Assembly (NCBI GenBank): GCA_963780275.1
Contig: CAWABE010000003.1
Location: 124,958 to 188,957 of the forward strand
Reading direction: 5' to 3'
From: an uncultured Actinomycetota bacterium
GTDB taxonomy: Bacteria > Actinomycetota > Actinomycetes > Propionibacteriales > Nocardioidaceae
Length of the DNA: 64,000 bases
This document shows positions 56,925 through 64,000 of the stretch, piece after piece. A program made the position numbers and the translations under genes. Below the pieces are notes generated by a model. That model had not been told where the DNA came from. It ran no database searches and worked only from the letters and a program-made list of their open reading frames with translations. Position 1 is the first letter of the stretch. Every line of letters begins with the position of its first letter.

Positions 56925-58049
56925 CTAGGCGCCCGCTTCGTCGATGAGTTGCTCGAACAGCCCGCGGTGATGCATGAGCGACTCGACGTCGTCGGGTTGC
57001 TCGATCTCGCCGAAGTGCACCTGACGCGCCCCGGTGCGCATGAAGACGATGCCCCACTGCACGGCGTCGTAGAGCTGGAACCAGCCCAGGTCGCCGACCT
57101 CGATGCCGGTGAGGTCGGCGTACGTCGCCCGCACGTCGTCCTCGCGCAGGAAGTCGGGCATGCCGGGCAGCTCCATCACGCCGGCGATGCTCTCGAACAC
57201 GCGGTGGGCGAACACCAGCCAGGCGAGGTCCATCTCGCGCGGTCCCACCGCGGCCATCTCCCAGTCGAGCACGCCCACCGGCTCGAAGTCGCGGTAGAGG
57301 ACGTTGCCGATTCGGGCGTCGCCCCAGCACAGCACGGTGTCGCCCTCGTCCGGAACGTTCTTCTCCAGCCATCGGAGTCCGCGCTCGATGAGCGGTGACG
57401 GCCCGCCGTCGACGAGTGCGTGGTCGTACCAGGCCCGGGTGCGCGCCAGGTTGCGGCGCAGCGGCGAGTCCCCGACGGCATCCGCATCCAGGAACGCGAA
57501 GGTGGTGGTGGCATCGGGGATGCCGTGCAGCCCGGCGATCGCCGCCACGGTGTTGTCCTGCAGCCGCCGCTGCTGCTCGGCGCTCGCGTCGAAGAGCCAG
57601 TTGTCGCCGAAGTTGTAGGGGAGCACGTCGGGCGGCACCACGCCCTCGACGCGGTCCATGAGGAAGAACGGCGTTCCCAGCACCTCGCCGGTCGGCTCCA
57701 TCCACCGGACCGTTGGCACCGGCACGTCGCTGTGCGTGGCAGCCAGCCGCATCGCGTCGAACTGGTCCTGCAGTCGATAGGACTGGAAGACCGGCATGTC
57801 GTCGGGGGCCGGCGCCACCCGGGCGACGTACTCGCCCTCGCGCCGCTCGCCGTTCTCGGTCCACGAAGCGTCGAGGACCAGGGTCTCGGACGACATCCCG
57901 TTGGCGTCGATGCCGGTGTGCAGCGTGACGGTCGGCTCCGCGTCCGGGGGCAGCACGGTCGCCAGCCAATCCGCGAGGGCCTTCGGCAGATTCGTGGATT
58001 CGCGGCTGGACCGCTGCATCGAGAAGTCCGCCGAGGGAGCCTGGGTCAC
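56925..58049 (-). CDS. Phosphotransferase (APH/ACAD10-like, Rv3168-like)
   Basis: NGMSSET, VARVAP, GTPFFLM, LCWGDARIGN, VLDWEMA. Confidence 0.88.
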   Translation of the reverse strand: MTQAPSADFSMQRSSRESTNLPKALADWLATVLPPDAEPTVTLHTGIDANGMSSETLVLDASWTENGERREGEYVARVAPAPDDMPVFQSYRLQDQFDAMRLAATHSDVPVPTVRWMEPTGEVLGTPFFLMDRVEGVVPPDVLPYNFGDNWLFDASAEQQRRLQDNTVAAIAGLHGIPDATTTFAFLDADAVGDSPLRRNLARTRAWYDHALVDGGPSPLIERGLRWLEKNVPDEGDTVLCWGDARIGNVLYRDFEPVGVLDWEMAAVGPREMDLAWLVFAHRVFESIAGVMELPGMPDFLREDDVRATYADLTGIEVGDLGWFQLYDAVQWGIVFMRTGARQVHFGEIEQPDDVESLMHHRGLFEQLIDEAGA

Positions 58050-58064
58050 CCCCGCAGCATCCGG

Positions 58065-58078
58065 TGGAACGTGTTCTA
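58065..58078. promoter_or_regulatory. KstR-type operator
   Basis: TGGAACGTGTTCTA matches TnnAACnnGTTnnA exactly, about 16 nt upstream of the phosphotransferase start. Confidence 0.65.
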
Positions 58079-58196
58079 GTGTCAAGCACTTCACGGTGCG
58101 GGGGGCGGACGGGTGAATCGGTGTCAGGCCGTCGGTCGCGCTCCATCGGCAATACTGGACGTGGCACCATCAGCGCGCACCACTCGAAGGAGAGCA

Positions 58197-59633
58197 GTGA
58201 GCGAACAGGTCACGGCCATCGTCCTTGCCGCGGGGGCGGGGACCCGGATGCGGTCCAGGCGAGCCAAGGTCCTGCACGAGCTCGGTGGACGCAGCATGAT
58301 CGCGCATTCGCTGCTCGCGGTCCGCGAAGCCGGCGTCGAGCGGACTGTCGCCGTCGTCGGGTACGACCGCGACCAGGTGACGGCAGCGATCGCCGAGCTC
58401 GATCCCGATGTCGTGCTGGCGTTCCAGGAGGATCAACGTGGCACCGGGCACGCGGTGCAGGTGGCTCTCGACGCGCTGGGCTCACGTCCCGAGGGCACCG
58501 TGCTCATCACGTACGGCGACGTACCACTGCTGACGCCGCAGACGCTCGCCGAGCTGGTCGACGACCACAGGTCCGCCGGTCACGTGGTCACCATCTTGTC
58601 GGCCGAGCTGGACGACCCGAGCGGATACGGCCGCATCGTGCGTGACGAGTCGTCGGCGGTCACGGCCATCCGCGAGGACGCCGACGCGGACGACGCCGAG
58701 CGCGCGATCCGCGAGATCAACAGCGGCATCCTCGCCGTCGAGGCGGGCTTCCTGGCCGACGCCGTCGCCCAGCTGGACACCGAGAACGCCCAGGGCGAGC
58801 TCTATCTCACCGACATCGTCGGTCGAGCCGTCGGTGACGGATTGCCGGTCGGCGCGCACGTGCTCGAAGACGTCTGGCAGACCGAGGGCGTCAACGACCG
58901 CAAGCAGCTGGCCCGGCTGGGTCGTGAGCTCAATCGTCGCCTCACCGAGCACTGGATGCGTGAGGGCGTCACGATCGTCGACCCGGACACCACCTGGATC
59001 GACTCCGCCGTCACCCTCGCACCCGACGTCACGCTGCTCCCGGGCACCCAGCTGCTGGGTGCGACCACCGTCGAGTCCGGCGCCACCATCGGGCCCGACA
59101 CGACCCTGCGCAACGTCGAGGTCGGCGCCGACGCCTCGGTCATCCGCACCCATGGCGCCGACGTGACGATCGGGGCGGGCGCCAACGTCGGCCCGTTCTC
59201 GTACCTGCGGGTGGGCACCGAGCTGGGGGAGTCCGGCAAGATCGGCGCGTTCGTCGAGACCAAGAACGCCCAGATCGGGGCCGGAGCCAAGGTGCCGCAT
59301 CTGTCGTACGTCGGCGACGCGGAAGTCGGCGAGGGTGCCAACATCGGCGCCGGCACGATCGTGGCCAACTACGACGGCGTCGAGAAGCACCGCACGACCG
59401 TCGGCAAGGAGGCGCGCACCGGGTCCAACAACGTCTTCGTCGCCCCTGTCACGATCGGTGACGGCGCCTACACCGGCGGCGGCACCGTGGTGCGCGAGGA
59501 CGTGCCGCCGGGGGCGCTGGCGACAAGTGCCGGTCCACAGAGGACCATGGAGGGGTGGGTACAGGCCAAGCGAGCCGGCACCCCGTCAGCCGAGGCAGCC
59601 AGCGAAGCAAAGGACGACGACTCCGGTGAGTAG
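58197..59633 (+). CDS. glmU: Bifunctional UDP-GlcNAc pyrophosphorylase / glucosamine-1-phosphate acetyltransferase
   Basis: LAAGAGTRMRS...KVLH, GTGHAV, YGDVP, GYGRIVR, EINSG, hexapeptide repeats, HLSYVGD. Confidence 0.97.
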   Translation: MSEQVTAIVLAAGAGTRMRSRRAKVLHELGGRSMIAHSLLAVREAGVERTVAVVGYDRDQVTAAIAELDPDVVLAFQEDQRGTGHAVQVALDALGSRPEGTVLITYGDVPLLTPQTLAELVDDHRSAGHVVTILSAELDDPSGYGRIVRDESSAVTAIREDADADDAERAIREINSGILAVEAGFLADAVAQLDTENAQGELYLTDIVGRAVGDGLPVGAHVLEDVWQTEGVNDRKQLARLGRELNRRLTEHWMREGVTIVDPDTTWIDSAVTLAPDVTLLPGTQLLGATTVESGATIGPDTTLRNVEVGADASVIRTHGADVTIGAGANVGPFSYLRVGTELGESGKIGAFVETKNAQIGAGAKVPHLSYVGDAEVGEGANIGAGTIVANYDGVEKHRTTVGKEARTGSNNVFVAPVTIGDGAYTGGGTVVREDVPPGALATSAGPQRTMEGWVQAKRAGTPSAEAASEAKDDDSGE

Positions 59634-60603
59634 CCTGCTCAAGCAGATCCCGACGAAGAAGATCATGCTCTTCTCGGGTCGGGCCCACCCGGTGCTGGCC
59701 GAAGAGGTGGCCAACCTCCTCGAGATCGACCTCGTTCCCACGACGGCGTACGACTTCGCCAACGGCGAGATCTACATCCGCTTCGATGAGTCGGTGCGCG
59801 GTTGCGACGCCTTCGTCATGCAGAGCCACAGCGAGCCGATCAACGACGCGATCATGGAGCAGCTCATCATGGTCGACGCGCTGAAGCGGGCCTCGGCCAA
59901 GCGGATCACCGTGATCCTCCCGTTCTACGGGTACGCGCGGCAGGACAAGAAGCACCTGGGACGCGAACCGATCTCGGCGCGGTTGATGGCCGATCTCTTC
60001 CTCACCGCCGGCGCCGACCGCCTGATGACGGTCGACCTGCACACGGCCCAGATCCAGGGTTTCTTCGACGGACCGGTCGACCACCTGCTGGCCATGCCGA
60101 TTCTCACCCGGCACGTGAAGCGCAAGTACGGCAAGCGCGACCTGACGGTCGTCTCACCCGACGCCGGCCGCATCAAGGTGGCCGAGTCGTGGGCGAACGC
60201 CCTCGCGGGGGCACCACTGGCGTTCATCCACAAGACGCGCGACCCGCGCAAGCCGAACGAATCGATCGCCAACCGTGTGGTCGGCGAGGTGGAGGGACGC
60301 ACCTGCATCCTGGTCGACGACCTCATCGACACCGGCGGCACCATCGTCCAGGCCGCCGAGTCGCTGATGGCCGACGGAGCCGAGGACGTCGTCATCGTCG
60401 CCACCCATGCGGTGTTCTCCGGCCCGGCGATCGACCGGCTGAAGAACTCCACGGCCTGCGAGATCATCGTCACCAACACACTGCCCATCGACGACGGCAA
60501 GCTCTTCGACAAGCTCACTGTGCTCTCCATCGCGCCGCTGCTGGCGCAGGCGACCGCCGCCGTGTTCGAGGACGGCTCGGTCACCAGCCTCTTCAAGAAC
60601 TGA
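59626..60603 (+). CDS. prs: Ribose-phosphate diphosphokinase
   Basis: FANGE, PFYGYARQDKK, DLHTAQIQGFF, VSPDAG, VDDLIDTGGT. Confidence 0.97.
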   Translation: MSSLLKQIPTKKIMLFSGRAHPVLAEEVANLLEIDLVPTTAYDFANGEIYIRFDESVRGCDAFVMQSHSEPINDAIMEQLIMVDALKRASAKRITVILPFYGYARQDKKHLGREPISARLMADLFLTAGADRLMTVDLHTAQIQGFFDGPVDHLLAMPILTRHVKRKYGKRDLTVVSPDAGRIKVAESWANALAGAPLAFIHKTRDPRKPNESIANRVVGEVEGRTCILVDDLIDTGGTIVQAAESLMADGAEDVVIVATHAVFSGPAIDRLKNSTACEIIVTNTLPIDDGKLFDKLTVLSIAPLLAQATAAVFEDGSVTSLFKN

Positions 60604-60744
60604 TTGAGCTAAGGCCCAGATGAGGGCAGCGCCACGCCTTCGGACCGCGAGCGGGACACCCGCCGCCGATTGCGTTTCCCGCCCATCGGACGAAATCGGC
60701 CGCGTCTCTCCATGTCCGATTGCTGGAATCGCCGGGTTTGACGC

Positions 60745-60999
60745 TCAGGGTGTCCCGACGTTGTTGGACTGTTCTGCGTCGGCTGAGGGGTCGTCCGCTA
60801 AAGCTTGATCAGCGCGGGCGTACTGACGTTGGATGTAGTCCTCCAGCTCGACTGCCTCGACCCGCCATTGACCCCGGCCACCGATCTGAATGCCCCGGAG
60901 GTCCCCCGTACGTACCAGGGCATAGACCTGGCGGCTCGTGACGTTGAGTATCTCCGCCACATCGGCGAGCGTGAGGAATCGCGGGGAGTCGGCGGACAT
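60745..60999 (-). CDS. Excisionase-family (HTH_17) helix-turn-helix protein
   Basis: RFLTLADVAEILNV...VYALVRTGDL.GIQIGGRGQWRV. Confidence 0.88.
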   Translation of the reverse strand: MSADSPRFLTLADVAEILNVTSRQVYALVRTGDLRGIQIGGRGQWRVEAVELEDYIQRQYARADQALADDPSADAEQSNNVGTP

Positions 61000-61142
61000 G
61001 TCGCCAGTTTTTCACGCTCAGGTGTCAGATCCCATTCGAGAGGAAGTCGCCCCTGTGGACAACTCGGACCAGCGCCGTGGACGACCTCGCAGCGTCTCTC
61101 GCGCCGGTGGTACCTTCGTCCCTGTCCGGTTGAGGAGGGGTC

Positions 61143-62546
61143 ATGGATCGCTTGAGCCCCCTGGATGCGACGTTCCTCAACCAGGACTCACCCACCGAGC
61201 CGCGCCAGATCGCATCGCTCGCGATTCTCGAGCCGAACGAGTCGCCCCTCAGCTACGACCGGCTCATCCAGGTCATCAGCGAGCGCCTCGACATCGTTCC
61301 CCGTTACCGGCAGGTCCCTCGCAAGATCCCGGGTGCGCTCGGCACGCCGGTGTGGGTCGACGACGAGACGTTCGACATCTCGCTGCACGTGCGGCGCTCG
61401 GCCCTGCCGCGACCGGGCACCCGCCACTCGCTGCACGAGCTGGTCGGGCGCCTCATCGCCCGCCGGCTCGACCTCGACCGGCCGCTCTGGGAGCTCTACC
61501 TGATCGAAGGGCTCGAGAACGACGCCGTCGCCTTGTTGTTCAAGGCCCACCAGGCGCTCGTCGACGGGTCCGAGACCATCGACCTCGCCCAGGTGTTGCT
61601 CGAGGAGACGGCACACGAGCGCGTCATCCCGCACGCCGACTGGATCCCCCGGTCCGAGCCGAACGGTCTGGGCTTGGTGGCGGCCACGCTCGACAGCAAC
61701 GTCCGGAGCCCCGGCGAGGCGCTGCGCATCACCGAGCACCAGCTCGGCCGGCTCGCTCGCCGGCTCCCGCTCATCGGCGGCTCGTCGTCTCCTCTGCGCG
61801 GCGTACTGTCGGCCGAGCTCTCGCGCCATCGCCGGTTCGCCTCCCTGGCCACCAACCTCGACGACTACCGCACCGTCCGTGAGGAGCACGGCGGCACCAT
61901 CAACGACGTCATCCTCGCGTCCATCGCCGGCGGCATCCGCGGCTGGATGTTGACCCGCGCCGAGCAGGTCACCGCCAAGACCAGCTTCCGCGCGATGGTG
62001 CCGATGTCGGTGGTGTCCGACGAAGGCCTGCCGACGTCGCTCGGATCGAAGGTGCGCGGCCACCTCCTCTCGTTGCCGGTCGGGGAGTCCAATCCCGTCG
62101 TCCGGCTGCACCAGGTGTCCTACGCGCTCAAGGACCATCGCGAGACCGGGTCCGCGGTCGCCGCCAACAAGCTCGCCGACCTTCCCGGCTTCGCGACGTC
62201 CACGTTCCATGCCGTCGGCGCACGCGTCGCCGAGTCCGAGAGCGGGCGGGGCCACCAGATCGTCATCACCAACGTGCCCGGACCGCAGGATCCGGTGTAC
62301 ATGGCCGGCGAACCGGTGGCGGAGGTGTACCCGTCGATCCCGCTCACCGAGAGCCGAGCCGTGTCGATCGGGGTCACGTCGTACCGCGGCATGGTCTTCT
62401 TCGGCCTGGTCGCGGACCGCGATGCCGTGCCGGACGCCGACGTCCTGGCTCAGTGCATCGACGAAGCGCTCGTCGAGCTGGTCGAGACCGTCGGCACCCG
62501 CCGGGCCCGTGCACCCCGTGGCCGCCAGCGACCCGGCACGTCATGA
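61143..62546 (+). CDS. WS/DGAT (wax ester synthase/triacylglycerol synthase) family protein
   Basis: RLSPLDA.FL, WVDD..FDI..HVR, LD..RPLWE, HQALVDG, TINDV, TNVPGPQ. Confidence 0.9.
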   Translation: MDRLSPLDATFLNQDSPTEPRQIASLAILEPNESPLSYDRLIQVISERLDIVPRYRQVPRKIPGALGTPVWVDDETFDISLHVRRSALPRPGTRHSLHELVGRLIARRLDLDRPLWELYLIEGLENDAVALLFKAHQALVDGSETIDLAQVLLEETAHERVIPHADWIPRSEPNGLGLVAATLDSNVRSPGEALRITEHQLGRLARRLPLIGGSSSPLRGVLSAELSRHRRFASLATNLDDYRTVREEHGGTINDVILASIAGGIRGWMLTRAEQVTAKTSFRAMVPMSVVSDEGLPTSLGSKVRGHLLSLPVGESNPVVRLHQVSYALKDHRETGSAVAANKLADLPGFATSTFHAVGARVAESESGRGHQIVITNVPGPQDPVYMAGEPVAEVYPSIPLTESRAVSIGVTSYRGMVFFGLVADRDAVPDADVLAQCIDEALVELVETVGTRRARAPRGRQRPGTS

Positions 62547-62556
62547 CCCGGCACCG

Positions 62557-62859
62557 ATGAGGCTCTACCTCAGCGCGGCGGTCGAATCGTTGCGACTGCT
62601 GCGCGACGGCGGATCGGTCACCTTGCCGGCCTTCGCCGCTGGCAGCGACGACGAGGCGGACGAGTTCGCCGCTTTCGCGTCCGCGGCCGAAGGATCGGTG
62701 ATCGTGGTGGTGGCGGATGTCGATCAGGTCGACGACGGCGACGACCAGGCCGTCACGCTCGATCGGGTGGACGCCATCCACGTCGACGTCGACGGCAGCG
62801 GCGACCTGGCCTGGTTCGCGACGCAGGAGATCGACGAGGTGCTGCGGCTGCTCAGCTGA
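62557..62859 (+). CDS. DUF6912-like protein
   Basis: MRLYL..., IHVD, LAWFATQEI. Confidence 0.75.
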   Translation: MRLYLSAAVESLRLLRDGGSVTLPAFAAGSDDEADEFAAFASAAEGSVIVVVADVDQVDDGDDQAVTLDRVDAIHVDVDGSGDLAWFATQEIDEVLRLLS

Positions 62860-63334
62860 GCTGCTGGATGCCCTGCTCGACGTCGCTGCGCAGCGATGCG
62901 GAGACGATCTTGGCGATCTCCGGCTCGATCTTGCGGCCGAGGAACGGCACGTTGACCTTCAGGTCGCCCTCGACGACGAAGGAGACGTCGCCCTCGCCGG
63001 AAAGGACCGCTCGTCCGCGCATGTCGACCGGCTGGCCGATGACCGTGAACCTGATGTCAGCGGCTCGCGTGCCGTCGCCGGCGCCGTTCCAGGTCTCGGT
63101 CTGCTTCACGCGTACCGAGTCGCCGACGAACTTCTTGATGAAGTCGGGCACCTTGGCCGGCTGTGTCTGGATCACGGTGACGGTGTGACCGTCGCCCGAC
63201 GGCTCGATGGTGACCTCGACGTCGGTGCCGCCGACGGTGGCCACGGCTTCTTCGCGAAACTTCTGGTCCGTGATCAGCGCATACACCGACTCGACGTCGG
63301 TGTCCGGGTAGGTGAACGACTCCTTCAGCTTCAT
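62852..63334 (-). CDS. DUF2505 (SRPBCC-like) protein
   Basis: MKLKESFTY, VPDFIKKFVG, GDLKVNVPFLGRKIE; starts at ATG 63334. Confidence 0.82.
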   Translation of the reverse strand: MKLKESFTYPDTDVESVYALITDQKFREEAVATVGGTDVEVTIEPSGDGHTVTVIQTQPAKVPDFIKKFVGDSVRVKQTETWNGAGDGTRAADIRFTVIGQPVDMRGRAVLSGEGDVSFVVEGDLKVNVPFLGRKIEPEIAKIVSASLRSDVEQGIQQLS

Positions 63335-63336
63335 CC

Positions 63337-64000
63337 TTACGCCCGCTCTTCGCTGCCGTCGGCCGACTGCGTGTCGAGCTGCGGGGGTGTGCCCGCGCCG
63401 GCCTTGATCTCGGAGAGCCGGGCCTCGACCTCGGCGGCCGTGGTGTCGCCCTCCAGCTCCTCGAACTGGGCGTCGAGACTCGAGGCGGCGAGCTCGGCCT
63501 GACCGGCGACCCGCGCCTCCTCCCGCCGGACCTTCTCCTCGAACCGGGACACTTCGCTGGTGGGGTCGAGGATGTCGATCGCCTTGACGGCGTCCTGGAC
63601 CGTGGCCTGCGCCTCGGCGGTCTTCGCACGAGCGACGAGCTGGTCGCGCTTGGTCTGCAGCTCGCCGAGCTTGACCTTCATCTGCACGAGGCCGGTCTTG
63701 AGCTTCTCGACGGTCTCTCCCTGCGAGGCGATCATCGGGGCGGCTTCCTTGGCCTCGTTCTCGAACCCGATCTGCTTGCCGAGCGCGACCTTGGCGAGGT
63801 TGTCGAACTTGTCGGCCTCGCCGGGCTGGCCCTCGGCGCGAAGCTTGTCGCCCTTCTGGGAGGCGGCCAGCGCCTTGGCGCCCCACTCCTTGGCGGCGGC
63901 GACGTCCTCGGCATGGTCGGCCTCGGCCATCCGGAGGTTGCCGATCGTCTGGGCCACCGCCTCCTCGGCCTCGGCGATCGAGCTGGTGTAGTCGCGGACG
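63337..64000 (-). CDS. pspA: PspA/IM30 family protein; 5' end outside the window
   Basis: VRDYTSSIAEAEEAVAQTIGNLRM, KRDQLVARAK.AEAQ, RFEEKVRREEA, coiled coil. Confidence 0.9.
   Translation of the reverse strand, partial: VRDYTSSIAEAEEAVAQTIGNLRMAEADHAEDVAAAKEWGAKALAASQKGDKLRAEGQPGEADKFDNLAKVALGKQIGFENEAKEAAPMIASQGETVEKLKTGLVQMKVKLGELQTKRDQLVARAKTAEAQATVQDAVKAIDILDPTSEVSRFEEKVRREEARVAGQAELAASSLDAQFEELEGDTTAAEVEARLSEIKAGAGTPPQLDTQSADGSEERA

Noticed and set aside
58095-58196. Intact tRNA-Gln directly upstream of glmU, as in many actinobacteria
   Set aside because: No T-arm (GTTCGA) or cloverleaf is visible in this interval.
60745-60999. Excisionase-like gene as sign of a prophage or ICE
   Set aside because: No integrase, phage or conjugation genes nearby; this HTH is a common chromosomal gene in actinobacteria.

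Overview
High-GC actinobacterial chromosome segment. Gene content and order suggest Nocardioidaceae/Propionibacteriales, possibly Aeromicrobium-like; this is inference. The backbone follows conserved actinobacterial gene order: mscL-SAF-FmdB ... 5-formyl-THF cyclo-ligase/UGPase-moeA-moaC-mog-rimJ-sepX-tRNA-Ala; pmt/rsmI-metG-tatD-rpfB-rsmA-ispE-ABC-F; MarR/tam; glmU-prs; then HTH/WS-DGAT-DUF6912-DUF2505-pspA. Accessory blocks sit at three tRNA loci: tRNA-Arg(CCT), tRNA-Ala(CGC) and a tRNA-Gln(TTG) locus. An alkB-rubredoxin-TetR operon and an ACC deaminase gene are also present. The most unusual observation is the tRNA-Gln(TTG) gene, which is split into a 5' half (49096-49141) and a 3' half (52160-52193). 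Between them lies about 3.0 kb of DNA with no integrase or transposase. Both terminal genes of that insert are cut at the junctions: an N-terminally truncated LuxR/TPR regulator and a C-terminally truncated FAD oxidase whose stop codon comes from the tRNA 3' half. The first 20 nt of the tRNA are also duplicated just upstream. Other points: nested tRNA-Ala att-like remnants around an integrase-free 3.7-kb island, a 1-nt frameshift at the end of a CNNM gene, two apparent CTG starts in CTGA overlaps, a eukaryote-type UGPase at the galU position, an alkB operon with only an AlkG1-type rubredoxin, and clear operator palindromes (TetR, AlkX-like, TamR-like, KstR-like). No database searches were run, so family assignments rest on motifs and synteny I recognise. 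Assembly error cannot be excluded for the split tRNA or the frameshift.
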